In this document: positions 39,608 through 49,354 of the stretch, in pieces
Layout of the letters: each line of letters starts with the position of its first letter
How positions within the stretch are numbered: the stretch's first letter is position 1
Assembly (NCBI GenBank): GCA_964575925.1
Contig: CAZNTR010000005.1
Span: 1-53,519, forward strand
Direction: 5' to 3'
Length of the DNA: 53,519 nt
Source of the DNA: an uncultured Chitinophagales bacterium
GTDB lineage: Bacteria > Bacteroidota > Rhodothermia > Balneolales > M1805
The notes under the pieces: generated by a model
Databases searched by the model: none
The model's input: only the letters and a program-made list of their open reading frames with translations
What the model was told of the DNA's origin: nothing
Position numbers and translations under genes: made by a program

Positions 39608-42170
39608 GGGCGAAAAAGAAAAACAATCATCTTCAAAACTAAATGTAAGCTCAACCAGAAAAATGGAAATTTTGGGTTTGAGTATTATGTCTTTAGGTGT
39701 GTTGATTGCGATCAGTATTCTGAGTTATTCAGAAACAGATGTAACACATTTATCGAAAATTACTCTTGGCACTATTTTCTCTGGTGAAGATGGTGCCGCT
39801 TTGCGTATTAAAAACTGGCTTGGACCTATTGGGGCTTGGCTTGCGCATAGCTTTGTATTTCTAGGATTTGGTTATGGATCAATTATATTAACCTTAGTTC
39901 TTGTGTTATATGGTTGGTACGTGTTTCGATCTAAAGCATTGAGTAATTTAAGTTTTGGAACGGTTTACTCGTTAATTATGATGGTGCTTTTTGCAACTAT
40001 TTGTGGTTGGTTTATTCATGTGAATGGGGTACAATCGTACAGTTGGTCAGGTGTTTTTGGCAAAACTATCGCATCTGTTTTTGTGATTGCATTATCAAAT
40101 ATTGGTTCTGCTTTGGTTTTATTTGTATTAACAGTAATTGCGCTTTTATTTGCAGTAGATCGTGATATTCAGGTTACAATTGACAGGCTGAAAGAATATG
40201 CAAAAGATTTAAGTTTTAAGTTTGCTGAGTTACGTGAGCGAAAAGCTGAAGAGCGATTCGTTAAAAAGCAGGAAAAAGAGTTAGCTGAAAAACGTGTAAC
40301 TACTCAGACCGTAACAACTCCACAAGTTGAGTCAAGAAAAGCAGAGCCTGTTCCAACTCAAAAACCTCATCTACAGATTCAAGAAGTCGAATCGGCAGCA
40401 GTAAACGCTGAACCAGATGTTGAAGATGTGTACGATCCTGAAAAAGTTCTTCGTGAATCAATGGAAAGAGATAGGGTTCGTCTTGAACAGAAAAAAGATT
40501 TAAAAACGGATTTAATTGGAAATAGAGCCTCTTTAGATAAGAGAGAATCAAAACCTGTTGAGGAAAACCAAGTATCAGACTTAGATGATTGGGACCCTGA
40601 GATAACTGTTTATGTGGGAGAAAATGAGACTGTGGCTAGGAAAAGTGATTTGAAAAAAATGCAGACAGCCTCTCTTGATTCGTTACCTCTTATAAAATAT
40701 ACGTTTCCAACTATCGATTTACTCGATTCTCCGCCGAATGAGGGAGCAGAAATCGATATGGAAGAAATTAATGAGAATAAACGTATTATTTTAGATAAGC
40801 TAAAGAGACATAATATTGACATTATTGCTATTGATGCGATTGTTGGACCAACCGTTACTTTGTATGAATTAACACCAGCACCAGATGTAAAGATTTCAAA
40901 AATCGAAAGCTATGCCAATGACCTAAAAATGGCACTGGCAGCAATGGGAATCAGGATTATTACCCCAATTCCTGGAAAATCCGCTGTTGGAATCGAAGTG
41001 CCAAATCAAACAAGAGAAACTGTATTTATTAAACAAGTAATCAACACAAAGAAATTCGTTGAATCGAAAATGCATTTACCAATTGCATTTGGTAAAACGA
41101 TTGAAAACGAAGTGTTTATGGTTGACTTAGCTAAATGTCCACACTTATTGGTTGCTGGTGCTACGGGTTCTGGTAAATCGGTTGGTATAAATACAATTAT
41201 TACTTGCTTGTTGTACAAATGTCATCCAGACAATTTAAAATTTGTTCTAGTTGATCCAAAAAAAATCGAATTAGCACTTTATAAAAGTCTTGAGCGTCAC
41301 TTCTTGGCCACGCTTCCAAATATGGAAGAGCCGATTATCACCGATACCACTAAAGTACTCGAGGTACTCAATTCGGTTTGTAAGGAAATGGATGATCGTT
41401 ACGATTTATTGAAATTAGCGGGAGTTAGAGACTTAATTGCTTATAATGATAAAGTAAAACGCGAAGTAGTTTCTCAAGAAGATGGTCATAGACATTTGCC
41501 ATATATTGTTGTTATTATTGATGAGTTAGCCGATTTGATGATGACGGCTGGCAAACAGATTGAAGAGCCGATTGCTAGAATTGCCCAATTAGCTCGTGCA
41601 GTTGGAATTCACTTAGTTGTTGCAACTCAAAGACCATCAGTAAATGTAATTACTGGTACAATTAAAGCAAACTTCCCATCTCGAATTGCCTACCAAGTTG
41701 CTTCAAAAATTGACTCACGAACGATTTTAGATACAATGGGCGCCGATCAATTAGTTGGTCGTGGAGATATGTTATATTCTGGTGGTGGGCCCATGATTCG
41801 AGTTCAAAATGCATTTGTATCCACAGAAGAAGTGGAACGAATCAATGAATTTGTTGAAAGCCAAGGTGGATATAATACCCCTTATTACTTACCAATAATT
41901 GAATCTGAAGAGGATCAAGATTTACCAAGTTTAGACAGAAGTGACCGAGATACACTTTTTGATGATGCCGCAAAAGTTGTTGTTTTACATCAGCAAGGAT
42001 CTGTTTCATTGTTACAACGTAAACTTCGCTTAGGTTATAATCGTGCAGGCAGACTTATTGACCAATTGTATGCAGCAAAAATTGTTGGGCCTTATCAAGG
42101 TAGCACAGCGCGTGATGTTTTAGTAGAAACAGAAGAGGAGTTGGATGAGATTTTACGCCATTTGGATTAA
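39576..42170 (+). CDS. ftsK: DNA translocase FtsK
   Basis: N-terminal 4-TM domain, PHLLVAGATGSGKS, IDELADLM, ATQRPS and gamma domain SLLQRKLRLGYNRAGR. Confidence 0.99.
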   Translation: MARKKVTPSDKGEKEKQSSSKLNVSSTRKMEILGLSIMSLGVLIAISILSYSETDVTHLSKITLGTIFSGEDGAALRIKNWLGPIGAWLAHSFVFLGFGYGSIILTLVLVLYGWYVFRSKALSNLSFGTVYSLIMMVLFATICGWFIHVNGVQSYSWSGVFGKTIASVFVIALSNIGSALVLFVLTVIALLFAVDRDIQVTIDRLKEYAKDLSFKFAELRERKAEERFVKKQEKELAEKRVTTQTVTTPQVESRKAEPVPTQKPHLQIQEVESAAVNAEPDVEDVYDPEKVLRESMERDRVRLEQKKDLKTDLIGNRASLDKRESKPVEENQVSDLDDWDPEITVYVGENETVARKSDLKKMQTASLDSLPLIKYTFPTIDLLDSPPNEGAEIDMEEINENKRIILDKLKRHNIDIIAIDAIVGPTVTLYELTPAPDVKISKIESYANDLKMALAAMGIRIITPIPGKSAVGIEVPNQTRETVFIKQVINTKKFVESKMHLPIAFGKTIENEVFMVDLAKCPHLLVAGATGSGKSVGINTIITCLLYKCHPDNLKFVLVDPKKIELALYKSLERHFLATLPNMEEPIITDTTKVLEVLNSVCKEMDDRYDLLKLAGVRDLIAYNDKVKREVVSQEDGHRHLPYIVVIIDELADLMMTAGKQIEEPIARIAQLARAVGIHLVVATQRPSVNVITGTIKANFPSRIAYQVASKIDSRTILDTMGADQLVGRGDMLYSGGGPMIRVQNAFVSTEEVERINEFVESQGGYNTPYYLPIIESEEDQDLPSLDRSDRDTLFDDAAKVVVLHQQGSVSLLQRKLRLGYNRAGRLIDQLYAAKIVGPYQGSTARDVLVETEEELDEILRHLD

Positions 42171-42783
42171 TCATCTTATCATTCTTATCTGTTTAATTAC
42201 TGCGCCAGCAATGGGATTTCAGACAGTAAAACCGACAAATGGTTTAGAAAACCTAAAAGCAAAGTTGAAATCTGGACAGGTTTTTCAGGCTACCATTACG
42301 CATTCGCTTATCGATACGTTTACGAATGACACTCTTTATACTGTTGGTAAAATTTGGATTTATCAAGATGGATATCGCTTAGAATCTGAAAATAGAATAA
42401 TTTCCGTAAATGATAGTATATCACAAGTGTACAATTCGATTAAAGAGCAATTAATAATTTCTCCGTATGTTGCAATTGATGACGATTTTGCACCATCACG
42501 ATTTATTCAAGCTTCAGAAACAGATTTTAATATCGTAGAAAAAGCAATCAATGATTCAACGCAATGGTTTATTAAACTTGAATCAAAAGAGGATTTTTCA
42601 TTATTTACAACCATAGAACTAACATTAGATGAATGGTTCGGTCCAAAGTCTGTGAATGCAAATGACCAAAACGGGAATATAAATACAACTCTATTTACCA
42701 ATGCAATTTGGCAGGATTACGATAAAAAAATACAGGAAATCGATTATCCTGATTCAACCGAAATTATAGATTTACGAGAGTGA
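42145..42783 (+). CDS. lolA: LolA-like outer-membrane lipoprotein carrier
   Basis: Signal peptide, beta-rich pattern (GKIWI, YRLE, QLII, P..EIIDLR) and position directly after ftsK. Confidence 0.7.
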   Translation: MRFYAIWINHLIILICLITAPAMGFQTVKPTNGLENLKAKLKSGQVFQATITHSLIDTFTNDTLYTVGKIWIYQDGYRLESENRIISVNDSISQVYNSIKEQLIISPYVAIDDDFAPSRFIQASETDFNIVEKAINDSTQWFIKLESKEDFSLFTTIELTLDEWFGPKSVNANDQNGNINTTLFTNAIWQDYDKKIQEIDYPDSTEIIDLRE

Positions 42784-43805
42784 AGCAAAACTGGAAAACT
42801 ATTGCTGTAAGCATACCTATTGGCGGACTTTTCTTATGGCTGGCATTTAGAAATGTAGATTTAAATGAAGTATTAAGCTATTTTGGAAAAATTGAAAAAG
42901 GTTGGTGGATTTTTTGGTTTATACTAGTTTCCGTTAGTTCTTATTTAATTAGAGCAGAAAGGTGGATGTTGTTGGTTGGTGAAGACAGATTAAAAGCACA
43001 TCGTTCAAGTTTTGTTGCAGGCACTTTTTTTGGTTACATGATGAATTACATAATTCCAAGACTAGGTGAAGTTTCTCGCTGTATGTACGTGAGTAAAAAA
43101 GATGAAATTTCAGCAGTCAGTTTAATTGGTACCGTAGTTTTGGAGCGCGTAATTGATACACTTATGTTATTATTTATGGTTGTATTTCTATTTGTGTATG
43201 TAATTACCGAACAAGAAACCGTAGTTAGACTATTTGGCACGGAAAATGCTGAATTAATGAATAAAATTGGTTCTTTCGAATCTATACTCGTTGGTTTTGC
43301 GATACTTGTTGCAGTTTACTTTTTGTTTAAAGCAGGTATGACTTTACTTAAAACAATGGAGAAAAAAGAATCGGTGATTGGAAGTTTAGCTAAAAAAACT
43401 AGAGGACTGATTTCTGTATTTTCAACAGGTTTAAGTAATATTAAAAAGGTACATAATTGGCCCTATTTTATTGTTTTAACTAGTTTACTTTGGTCTTGTT
43501 ACATTATGATGGCATACATACCATTTTATATGTTTTCAATGCAAGAAGTGTATCATCTTGGAATCGCAGATAGTGCCATATTAATGGTTTTAGCTGCCGT
43601 TGGAGTCGCCTTGCCTTCTCCAGGTGCTATTGGAACCTATCATTGGTTTGTTACGCAAACATTATTTGTTTTATATAATGTGCCAGAAACGGTTGGTTTA
43701 GCTTATGCTTTTGTTACTCATTCAGCCATGTTATTGCTAGTTATGGGACTTACACCGATTTTTCTGTTCATTAACACATTTATACTTAGAAAAAAGAACC
43801 GATAA
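42780..43805 (+). CDS. Lysylphosphatidylglycerol synthase TM-domain (UPF0104, flippase-like) protein
   Basis: RAERW, PRLGEVSR, GTVVLERVID and PSPGAIGTYH motifs; GTG start. Confidence 0.9.
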   Translation: MKQNWKTIAVSIPIGGLFLWLAFRNVDLNEVLSYFGKIEKGWWIFWFILVSVSSYLIRAERWMLLVGEDRLKAHRSSFVAGTFFGYMMNYIIPRLGEVSRCMYVSKKDEISAVSLIGTVVLERVIDTLMLLFMVVFLFVYVITEQETVVRLFGTENAELMNKIGSFESILVGFAILVAVYFLFKAGMTLLKTMEKKESVIGSLAKKTRGLISVFSTGLSNIKKVHNWPYFIVLTSLLWSCYIMMAYIPFYMFSMQEVYHLGIADSAILMVLAAVGVALPSPGAIGTYHWFVTQTLFVLYNVPETVGLAYAFVTHSAMLLLVMGLTPIFLFINTFILRKKNR

Positions 43806-43869
43806 CAGGAACATAGTTAGTTAAACAATTGTGTTATCGATTGGTTTAAGTGTTTAAAAGGTTTTTTAA

Positions 43870-44982
43870 ATGATTCATACAGCAGTTCTTGGTACAGGCT
43901 ATGGAATTTCAACGTATGCACGAGCTTTGCAGGTGCATCCCATGTTTGATTTATATACTATTTTTAGTAGAGACGAGAATAAGGCAAAATATTTCAGAAA
44001 AGAAAATGGGTTTAAAAAATATTCCTCAGATTGGAAAGAAGTTCTTAGTGATCCAACTGTAAATCTAGTTTGTATTGCAACGCCGCCACATACCCATTTT
44101 GAAATTGCAAAAGCCGCGTTGTTAAAAAATAAGCATGTAATTTGTGCGTCACCGTTTTGTTTGAGTGTTAAAGAAGCAGAAGAATTATCTTATCTATCTA
44201 AACAACAGCAAAAAATAGCAGTTGTCGATCATCATTTAAACTATTTCCCAGCCAGAAAATATGCACAACGTTTAATTTTAGACGGTAAAATTGGTCAAAT
44301 AACTCATATTGAGCGCATTTTTAGGGATAATCAATTATTTAATACAGATTCCCTTCCTCTTTGGAAAATGCAACGTCAACTTTTAGGTGGTGCATTTGGC
44401 GTTTTGGGAAGTCACGATATTGATTACTTACTTCGCATTGTGGGTGGTGTTAGAAAAGTTAGAACTTCACTTTTCACTGCAAGACCTTTAAAAGAAGCTC
44501 ATGGTGGTGAATTAATCGAAAATAATGCTGATGATTCTTTTCAAATGGCCATTTCGTTTCATTCAGGAGTGAAAGCTCAAATTCATGTTTCTAGAACGTA
44601 TATTGGAAAAACGCAGGATGAATTTATATTTCATGGTCATAAAGGAGCTTTGCAGTTTAGTAACAATACCGATTTAGTTTATTACGAAATAGGCACTGAA
44701 AAAAGAGAACGAATAGCGCTTCCTCCTGCTTATCAACTTGCAAATATTCCAGGAAGTTATCAAACGGCTGGTTTTTATATGTTACTTGAATTAACTTCAT
44801 CAGCAATTTTTCATAAAACCCCAATTTCCCCTACCTTTGACGAGGCTGTTCACATCCAACGCATTCTAGATGCATCCTATCTTTCTGCCAAAACAGATTC
44901 AGGAGTTCTTGTAGGAGAGATAGAAACGGCGCCGGTTAAACCTAAAAGCGACGAAATAATTGTAAAGAAAATATACGATTAG
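43870..44982 (+). CDS. Gfo/Idh/MocA-family oxidoreductase-like protein
   Basis: Rossmann VLGTG, VCIATPPHTH, GKIG, GG...GSH.ID and PTFDEA motifs. Confidence 0.88.
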   Translation: MIHTAVLGTGYGISTYARALQVHPMFDLYTIFSRDENKAKYFRKENGFKKYSSDWKEVLSDPTVNLVCIATPPHTHFEIAKAALLKNKHVICASPFCLSVKEAEELSYLSKQQQKIAVVDHHLNYFPARKYAQRLILDGKIGQITHIERIFRDNQLFNTDSLPLWKMQRQLLGGAFGVLGSHDIDYLLRIVGGVRKVRTSLFTARPLKEAHGGELIENNADDSFQMAISFHSGVKAQIHVSRTYIGKTQDEFIFHGHKGALQFSNNTDLVYYEIGTEKRERIALPPAYQLANIPGSYQTAGFYMLLELTSSAIFHKTPISPTFDEAVHIQRILDASYLSAKTDSGVLVGEIETAPVKPKSDEIIVKKIYD

Positions 44983-45007
44983 ACCGTCGCTTATCGTATT
45001 CAAATTC

Positions 45008-46678
45008 ATGAAGTATCTATTTTCTTTACTCGTACTCACTCTTTCTTTTTCATTATTTACTTCGCTATCCGCTCAATCTTCGACTCAGACGCAAGGTTCT
45101 GATCTATTACCTGATATCAACCCTCAGGATATTGAAATTAAAGGTGATTACCGTACAAGATTTCCAGGATTACAGCGTCAGCCGATTTTAGGTTTTGATT
45201 CTAAACCTCGTGTGTTTCAGTTAGATCCCTATAGAATGCCATTTTTAGAAACAAACGACCAAGTTGTTGCTTCTATTCCCTTAACTCCTTTAGAAATACC
45301 AACGTCTCCAACTAAAAATTATCGTCGCCAAGTTGAGCAAAAAAACTTGTGGATACTTGGTGGTTTTGGAAATCGACTTTCTCCTGAAGCTGAATTGGGT
45401 TTTTCTGTTACCAATCCATCAAATTATCGTATTAGCGGTTTTTTTTCTCACTTATCAAGTGGAGATTTAGGCTTTTCGGTTCCGTCTTCGTTCTATGATT
45501 GGAGTAGTAATCTTGGTTTTACAAAATACCTGAGTAAAGGATTTAGCTGGACAACACAACTTTCTGCTGCTATGTTGAAAAATCAAGTTCCATTGAAGAG
45601 CGATTCTGTTACGGCTTCTGAAGTTGAGAAATTTGGTTTTGAAACACAGCTTAAAAAAATGACAAACCCTTATGATTATTGGACATTTAGTGGTAAGTAT
45701 AATTTATATAGTCAAACCGTAACTGGAAAAGTATCGGGTGAACTTGAGCATCAATTTGGAGCTAAATTCGAAAAGTTTATTGCTTTATCTCAGCCTATGT
45801 CAACAGTAGGATTTGGAGCTTCGGTTTTAGGTTCTAGTTATGAGTTAACTACCACTTCGAAAAATTATTTAATTGCAAACGCTTTTGTAAAATATGCTCA
45901 CCGATTTGGAACCACTCATACGCTTAGTAGTGGAATTGCCCCATATTATTCTTCTGATTCTGTAAAATCTGGTTTTTTTGTTTACCCAAATCTTGAATTT
46001 AATTATTTCGGATTTACATCGACCTTGCTTAAGCTTGGTTTAAGAGGAGAGGTTTCTAATGGAGGGCGATCTTTATATCAGACAGCAAGTCGTTTTTTGG
46101 CTGAATCTCAGATACTGCAAAATAACAGAGGCTACACGGCATTTGCCTATATGGATCGTGAATTAACAGCTTATGGTAATCTCTATTTTGGTGTAGATTT
46201 TAAATACTTTACCAATTTTGGATATATTGATTACATGCGAAATATTCAAACTACTAACCAATTAAAACATACCATTCAATATGATGCTGCTCATATAGCT
46301 AAAATTAAAGCTGGTTACAGTTATCGCTTTCCAATTCCAAAAGTGTCGATTCAAGGAGAAATTTGGTATCAAAATAATGCGTTATCAACTGGAAATATGA
46401 TTCCTTACATGGAACGTTTTGGCGCAAAAGCCTCAGGTTTGTGGTATGTTACGAGTAAACTAAACCTAGAAACTGAATTGTTATTTCTAGAAGGTCGTGA
46501 AGGTAAAGTTACATCAACTTCATTTTTTGTTGCCAATGCAAAAACGAGGTATTCCTTCAATACAAATTGGGCAGTTTACCTTAAAATTGTAAATTTGACA
46601 GGTAGCACCTATCAATATTGGTCGCATTTTAATGAACTTCCACTCTTTTTAACAGGTGGTTTAACCTTAACACTCTGA
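45008..46678 (+). CDS. Outer-membrane beta-barrel protein of unknown function
   Basis: Signal peptide (LSA|Q), Pro-rich N-terminal segment, alternating aromatic strands and C-terminal strand LFLTGGLTLTL. Confidence 0.75.
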   Translation: MKYLFSLLVLTLSFSLFTSLSAQSSTQTQGSDLLPDINPQDIEIKGDYRTRFPGLQRQPILGFDSKPRVFQLDPYRMPFLETNDQVVASIPLTPLEIPTSPTKNYRRQVEQKNLWILGGFGNRLSPEAELGFSVTNPSNYRISGFFSHLSSGDLGFSVPSSFYDWSSNLGFTKYLSKGFSWTTQLSAAMLKNQVPLKSDSVTASEVEKFGFETQLKKMTNPYDYWTFSGKYNLYSQTVTGKVSGELEHQFGAKFEKFIALSQPMSTVGFGASVLGSSYELTTTSKNYLIANAFVKYAHRFGTTHTLSSGIAPYYSSDSVKSGFFVYPNLEFNYFGFTSTLLKLGLRGEVSNGGRSLYQTASRFLAESQILQNNRGYTAFAYMDRELTAYGNLYFGVDFKYFTNFGYIDYMRNIQTTNQLKHTIQYDAAHIAKIKAGYSYRFPIPKVSIQGEIWYQNNALSTGNMIPYMERFGAKASGLWYVTSKLNLETELLFLEGREGKVTSTSFFVANAKTRYSFNTNWAVYLKIVNLTGSTYQYWSHFNELPLFLTGGLTLTL

Positions 46679-46684
46679 TTTTTT

Positions 46685-46885
46685 ATGGACGATATATTCA
46701 GAAAATCACTAATTGCCGTTTTACGGGATCAGTTACATCAAAAACGTACAGTAGAACTGGAAGGTTTAGGTACTTTTAAATCAATTCATATTAAACAATA
46801 TCAAAAACCTGAGCCGGATGGTAGAGTTGTGTTAATGCCACCAATCGATTATATCTTATTTACACCGGAGAAAAAAGACGCATGA
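46685..46885 (+). CDS. Small HU/IHF-like (HU-CCDC81-type) domain protein
   Basis: V-L-GLGTF motif, beta arm and PP...I.FTP, matching the HU/IHF fold pattern; 66 aa. Confidence 0.75.
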   Translation: MDDIFRKSLIAVLRDQLHQKRTVELEGLGTFKSIHIKQYQKPEPDGRVVLMPPIDYILFTPEKKDA

Positions 46886-48192
46886 AAATCACGAAAGAAC
46901 AACTAATTGAACAACTAATTGAGCACTCACAACTACCTCGCGAAGTAGTAGAGAAAGAATTTGATCAATTTATTGCGGAGACCTCTGGTGTTATTAAAGG
47001 AAACCCGTTAACAATTGAAGAGATGGGTGTGTTTCGTTTAAAAAAAGGCAGACTTTCTTTTGAAACAGATCCGAAATTAGCCTTAGAAATAAATTACAAA
47101 TATGCAGGAATGCTCCCAATTGAAGTAAAAAAAGGTCAAACTTCTTCTCAAGATGATGAAATTCACGATGAAGAAAACGCAACCAGTTTACTTTCAAAAA
47201 ACGATGACAACGAAAAAGTGCAAATTGGAAAAGTGCGTGAATCTAAGAAAGAAGAACCTGTAAAAGCGGTAGAAAAAGAGATTATCAAAGAAACTTCAAT
47301 GGAAGAAGTTAAAGAAGAGCAAGCTCTTACAGAAGAATCTTCTGATGGTAAAGCCCCAATTGAAGAAATCGAAGAATTAAAAGTTGATGCTACACCTTTA
47401 ATTTCTGAGGAAGTGAAAAATCAGGAACCAGAAAAAACGGTTCAAGAAACCAAAGAATCTACGAACGCAGAGCCTAAAGTCGAAAATGTAGCTGAGGTGA
47501 AAAAAGATACCTCAACTAAGACATCAACTAAGACATCATCTAAAAAAGAAGATGATAAGACCATGACTTATGCTACAATTGCAGCGGCAGTTATCATTAT
47601 TGCAGCTATAATTTGGTTTATGAATACTAAGCCAAAAGAAGTGATTCAGCCCGATAGTGAAATAACGCAAGTAAAACCAACTGTTAAACGTGAAGTTAAA
47701 ACGGAGGAAAAGCTAGCTCCAGAACAGACAAGTATGGAAAAAGCTCAAAGCGAAAAACCTTTAAAAGAAACCAAAGAACAGTCTCAAGGTAAATCTGATG
47801 GTGTCTATAAAGAAGGTTTAAAAGATATTGATATCAAAAGCAGTTCAACAGCAAAACTGGATTCACAAAAAGAAGAAATCGTTCAAGATATTGTAAATCA
47901 GTTACAAGAAAGTGCTAATCCAGTCGTTGCAACTAAACCTAAAGTTTATTATACAGCAGTAATTTACACCTTAAGTTTTAAAGCACGCGCACATCAAGAA
48001 GTTGAATCATTTAAGAAAAAAGGATTTTCTGCTTTTGTGAAAGCATTTAAAAATAGAAATAATGAAGAACGTTTTTATGTTTGTATTGGTAAATTAGAGT
48101 CGTATAAAGACGCAAAAGAATTTGCTGAAACCAAACTTCCTGAGCCATTTAATTCATCTAAAAATTTTGCGGTAAAACGCTTAACAGACTAA
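46882..48192 (+). CDS. HU-like domain + acidic linker + TM + SPOR domain protein
   Basis: N-terminal LTIEEMGVFRL...LSFE, TM YATIAAAVIIIAAIIWFM and C-terminal SPOR-like region (KKKGFSAFV, FYVCIGKLESYKDA). Confidence 0.75.
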   Translation: MKITKEQLIEQLIEHSQLPREVVEKEFDQFIAETSGVIKGNPLTIEEMGVFRLKKGRLSFETDPKLALEINYKYAGMLPIEVKKGQTSSQDDEIHDEENATSLLSKNDDNEKVQIGKVRESKKEEPVKAVEKEIIKETSMEEVKEEQALTEESSDGKAPIEEIEELKVDATPLISEEVKNQEPEKTVQETKESTNAEPKVENVAEVKKDTSTKTSTKTSSKKEDDKTMTYATIAAAVIIIAAIIWFMNTKPKEVIQPDSEITQVKPTVKREVKTEEKLAPEQTSMEKAQSEKPLKETKEQSQGKSDGVYKEGLKDIDIKSSSTAKLDSQKEEIVQDIVNQLQESANPVVATKPKVYYTAVIYTLSFKARAHQEVESFKKKGFSAFVKAFKNRNNEERFYVCIGKLESYKDAKEFAETKLPEPFNSSKNFAVKRLTD

Positions 48193-48204
48193 TAAAAGAC
48201 TTCC

Positions 48205-48906
48205 ATGAACCCATTTTTTCTGATTGCTTTTTTTCAGGATACCCTTAATGTTGCAGAAATTTTACCAGAAACTGAAAGCATGAATTTACTTTCTATGTTC
48301 AGTGATGGTGGTATATTAATGTACCCTATTTTAATCTGTCTGTTTATAACTGTTTATGTAATTGCTGAACGCTGGCGCTTTTTATCGAATTCATCTGTGG
48401 ATTCAGATAAAGTGGTTGAAAGTATTGAAACCATGCTTACCAACGGTTCTCCTCAACAAGCTTTAGATTACTTAGAGCAATTAAATAAACCACTATCCAG
48501 AATTTTAACAAAAGGAATTCGCCGTTTAGGAAAAACAATTACCGATATTGAAGACGCTATTCATATTGCTGGGAAAAAAGAAATTTATCTTCTTGAAAAC
48601 AAATTGGATTGGCTGGCAACTGTAGCCGGTGTTGCTCCTCTAATTGGTTTTCTAGGAACAGTAACAGGTATGATTTCAGCATTCCAACAAATTCAAGGTC
48701 TTGAAGGAAATGTAAATCCATCTGTTTTGGCCGGTGGTATTTGGGAAGCTTTAATTACTACGGCTTTCGGTCTTGGTGTTGGTATTATTGCTTTTGGTTT
48801 TTATAACTATTTATTAGCCAAAGTAAATCGAATGGTTTTTGATCTAGAAAATGCTTCAGCTGAGTTTATTGAGTTGTTGCAAAATCCAGCTAAAAAGAAA
48901 GTATAG
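48205..48906 (+). CDS. exbB: MotA/TolQ/ExbB proton channel protein
   Basis: GGILMYPI, LATVAGVAPLIGFLGTVTGMI and GIWEALITTAFGL motifs. Confidence 0.92.
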   Translation: MNPFFLIAFFQDTLNVAEILPETESMNLLSMFSDGGILMYPILICLFITVYVIAERWRFLSNSSVDSDKVVESIETMLTNGSPQQALDYLEQLNKPLSRILTKGIRRLGKTITDIEDAIHIAGKKEIYLLENKLDWLATVAGVAPLIGFLGTVTGMISAFQQIQGLEGNVNPSVLAGGIWEALITTAFGLGVGIIAFGFYNYLLAKVNRMVFDLENASAEFIELLQNPAKKKV

Positions 48907-48910
48907 CTGT

Positions 48911-49321
48911 ATGAATTTTAGAGGTGATTCAGACCGAAAAAAACCATTGGCGATGTTCTCACAGTCTTCATTGACAGATATTGTTTTACTATTGCTCATT
49001 TTCTTCTTGTTAACATCTTCTTTTGTCTCAAATTTTGGAATTAAAGTAAATGTCCCTAAAGCTGAAACGGGCGATCCAAATGTGAGTCAACAAATAGTTG
49101 TTACTGTTACTAAAGACAAGCAGTTTTATGTGAGCGGAAATCTAACAGCAAAAGCTTCATTAGCGGCCTCAATTCGAGAAGAATATCAGAAAAATCCAAA
49201 CAGAGCGTTGGTTTTACGAGCTGATAAAGACGCAAGAGTAGATGATGCCGTTCAGGTTATGAATATTGCGCAAGCCTTAGGCATTCGAATAATAATGGCT
49301 ACCGAACGGGCAAGTCGTTAA
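48911..49321 (+). CDS. exbD: ExbD/TolR family protein
   Basis: SLTDIVLLLLIFF (conserved TM Asp) and LRADK motifs. The start is likely the ATG at 48911. Confidence 0.92.
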   Translation: MNFRGDSDRKKPLAMFSQSSLTDIVLLLLIFFLLTSSFVSNFGIKVNVPKAETGDPNVSQQIVVTVTKDKQFYVSGNLTAKASLAASIREEYQKNPNRALVLRADKDARVDDAVQVMNIAQALGIRIIMATERASR

Positions 49322-49354
49322 CAAACATCCTAAACAGCAGATAAGAAAACGTTC

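Noticed and set aside
47509-47544. 12-bp tandem repeat (TSTK TSTK TSSK)
   Set aside because: Ordinary low-complexity linker expansion within the SPOR protein.
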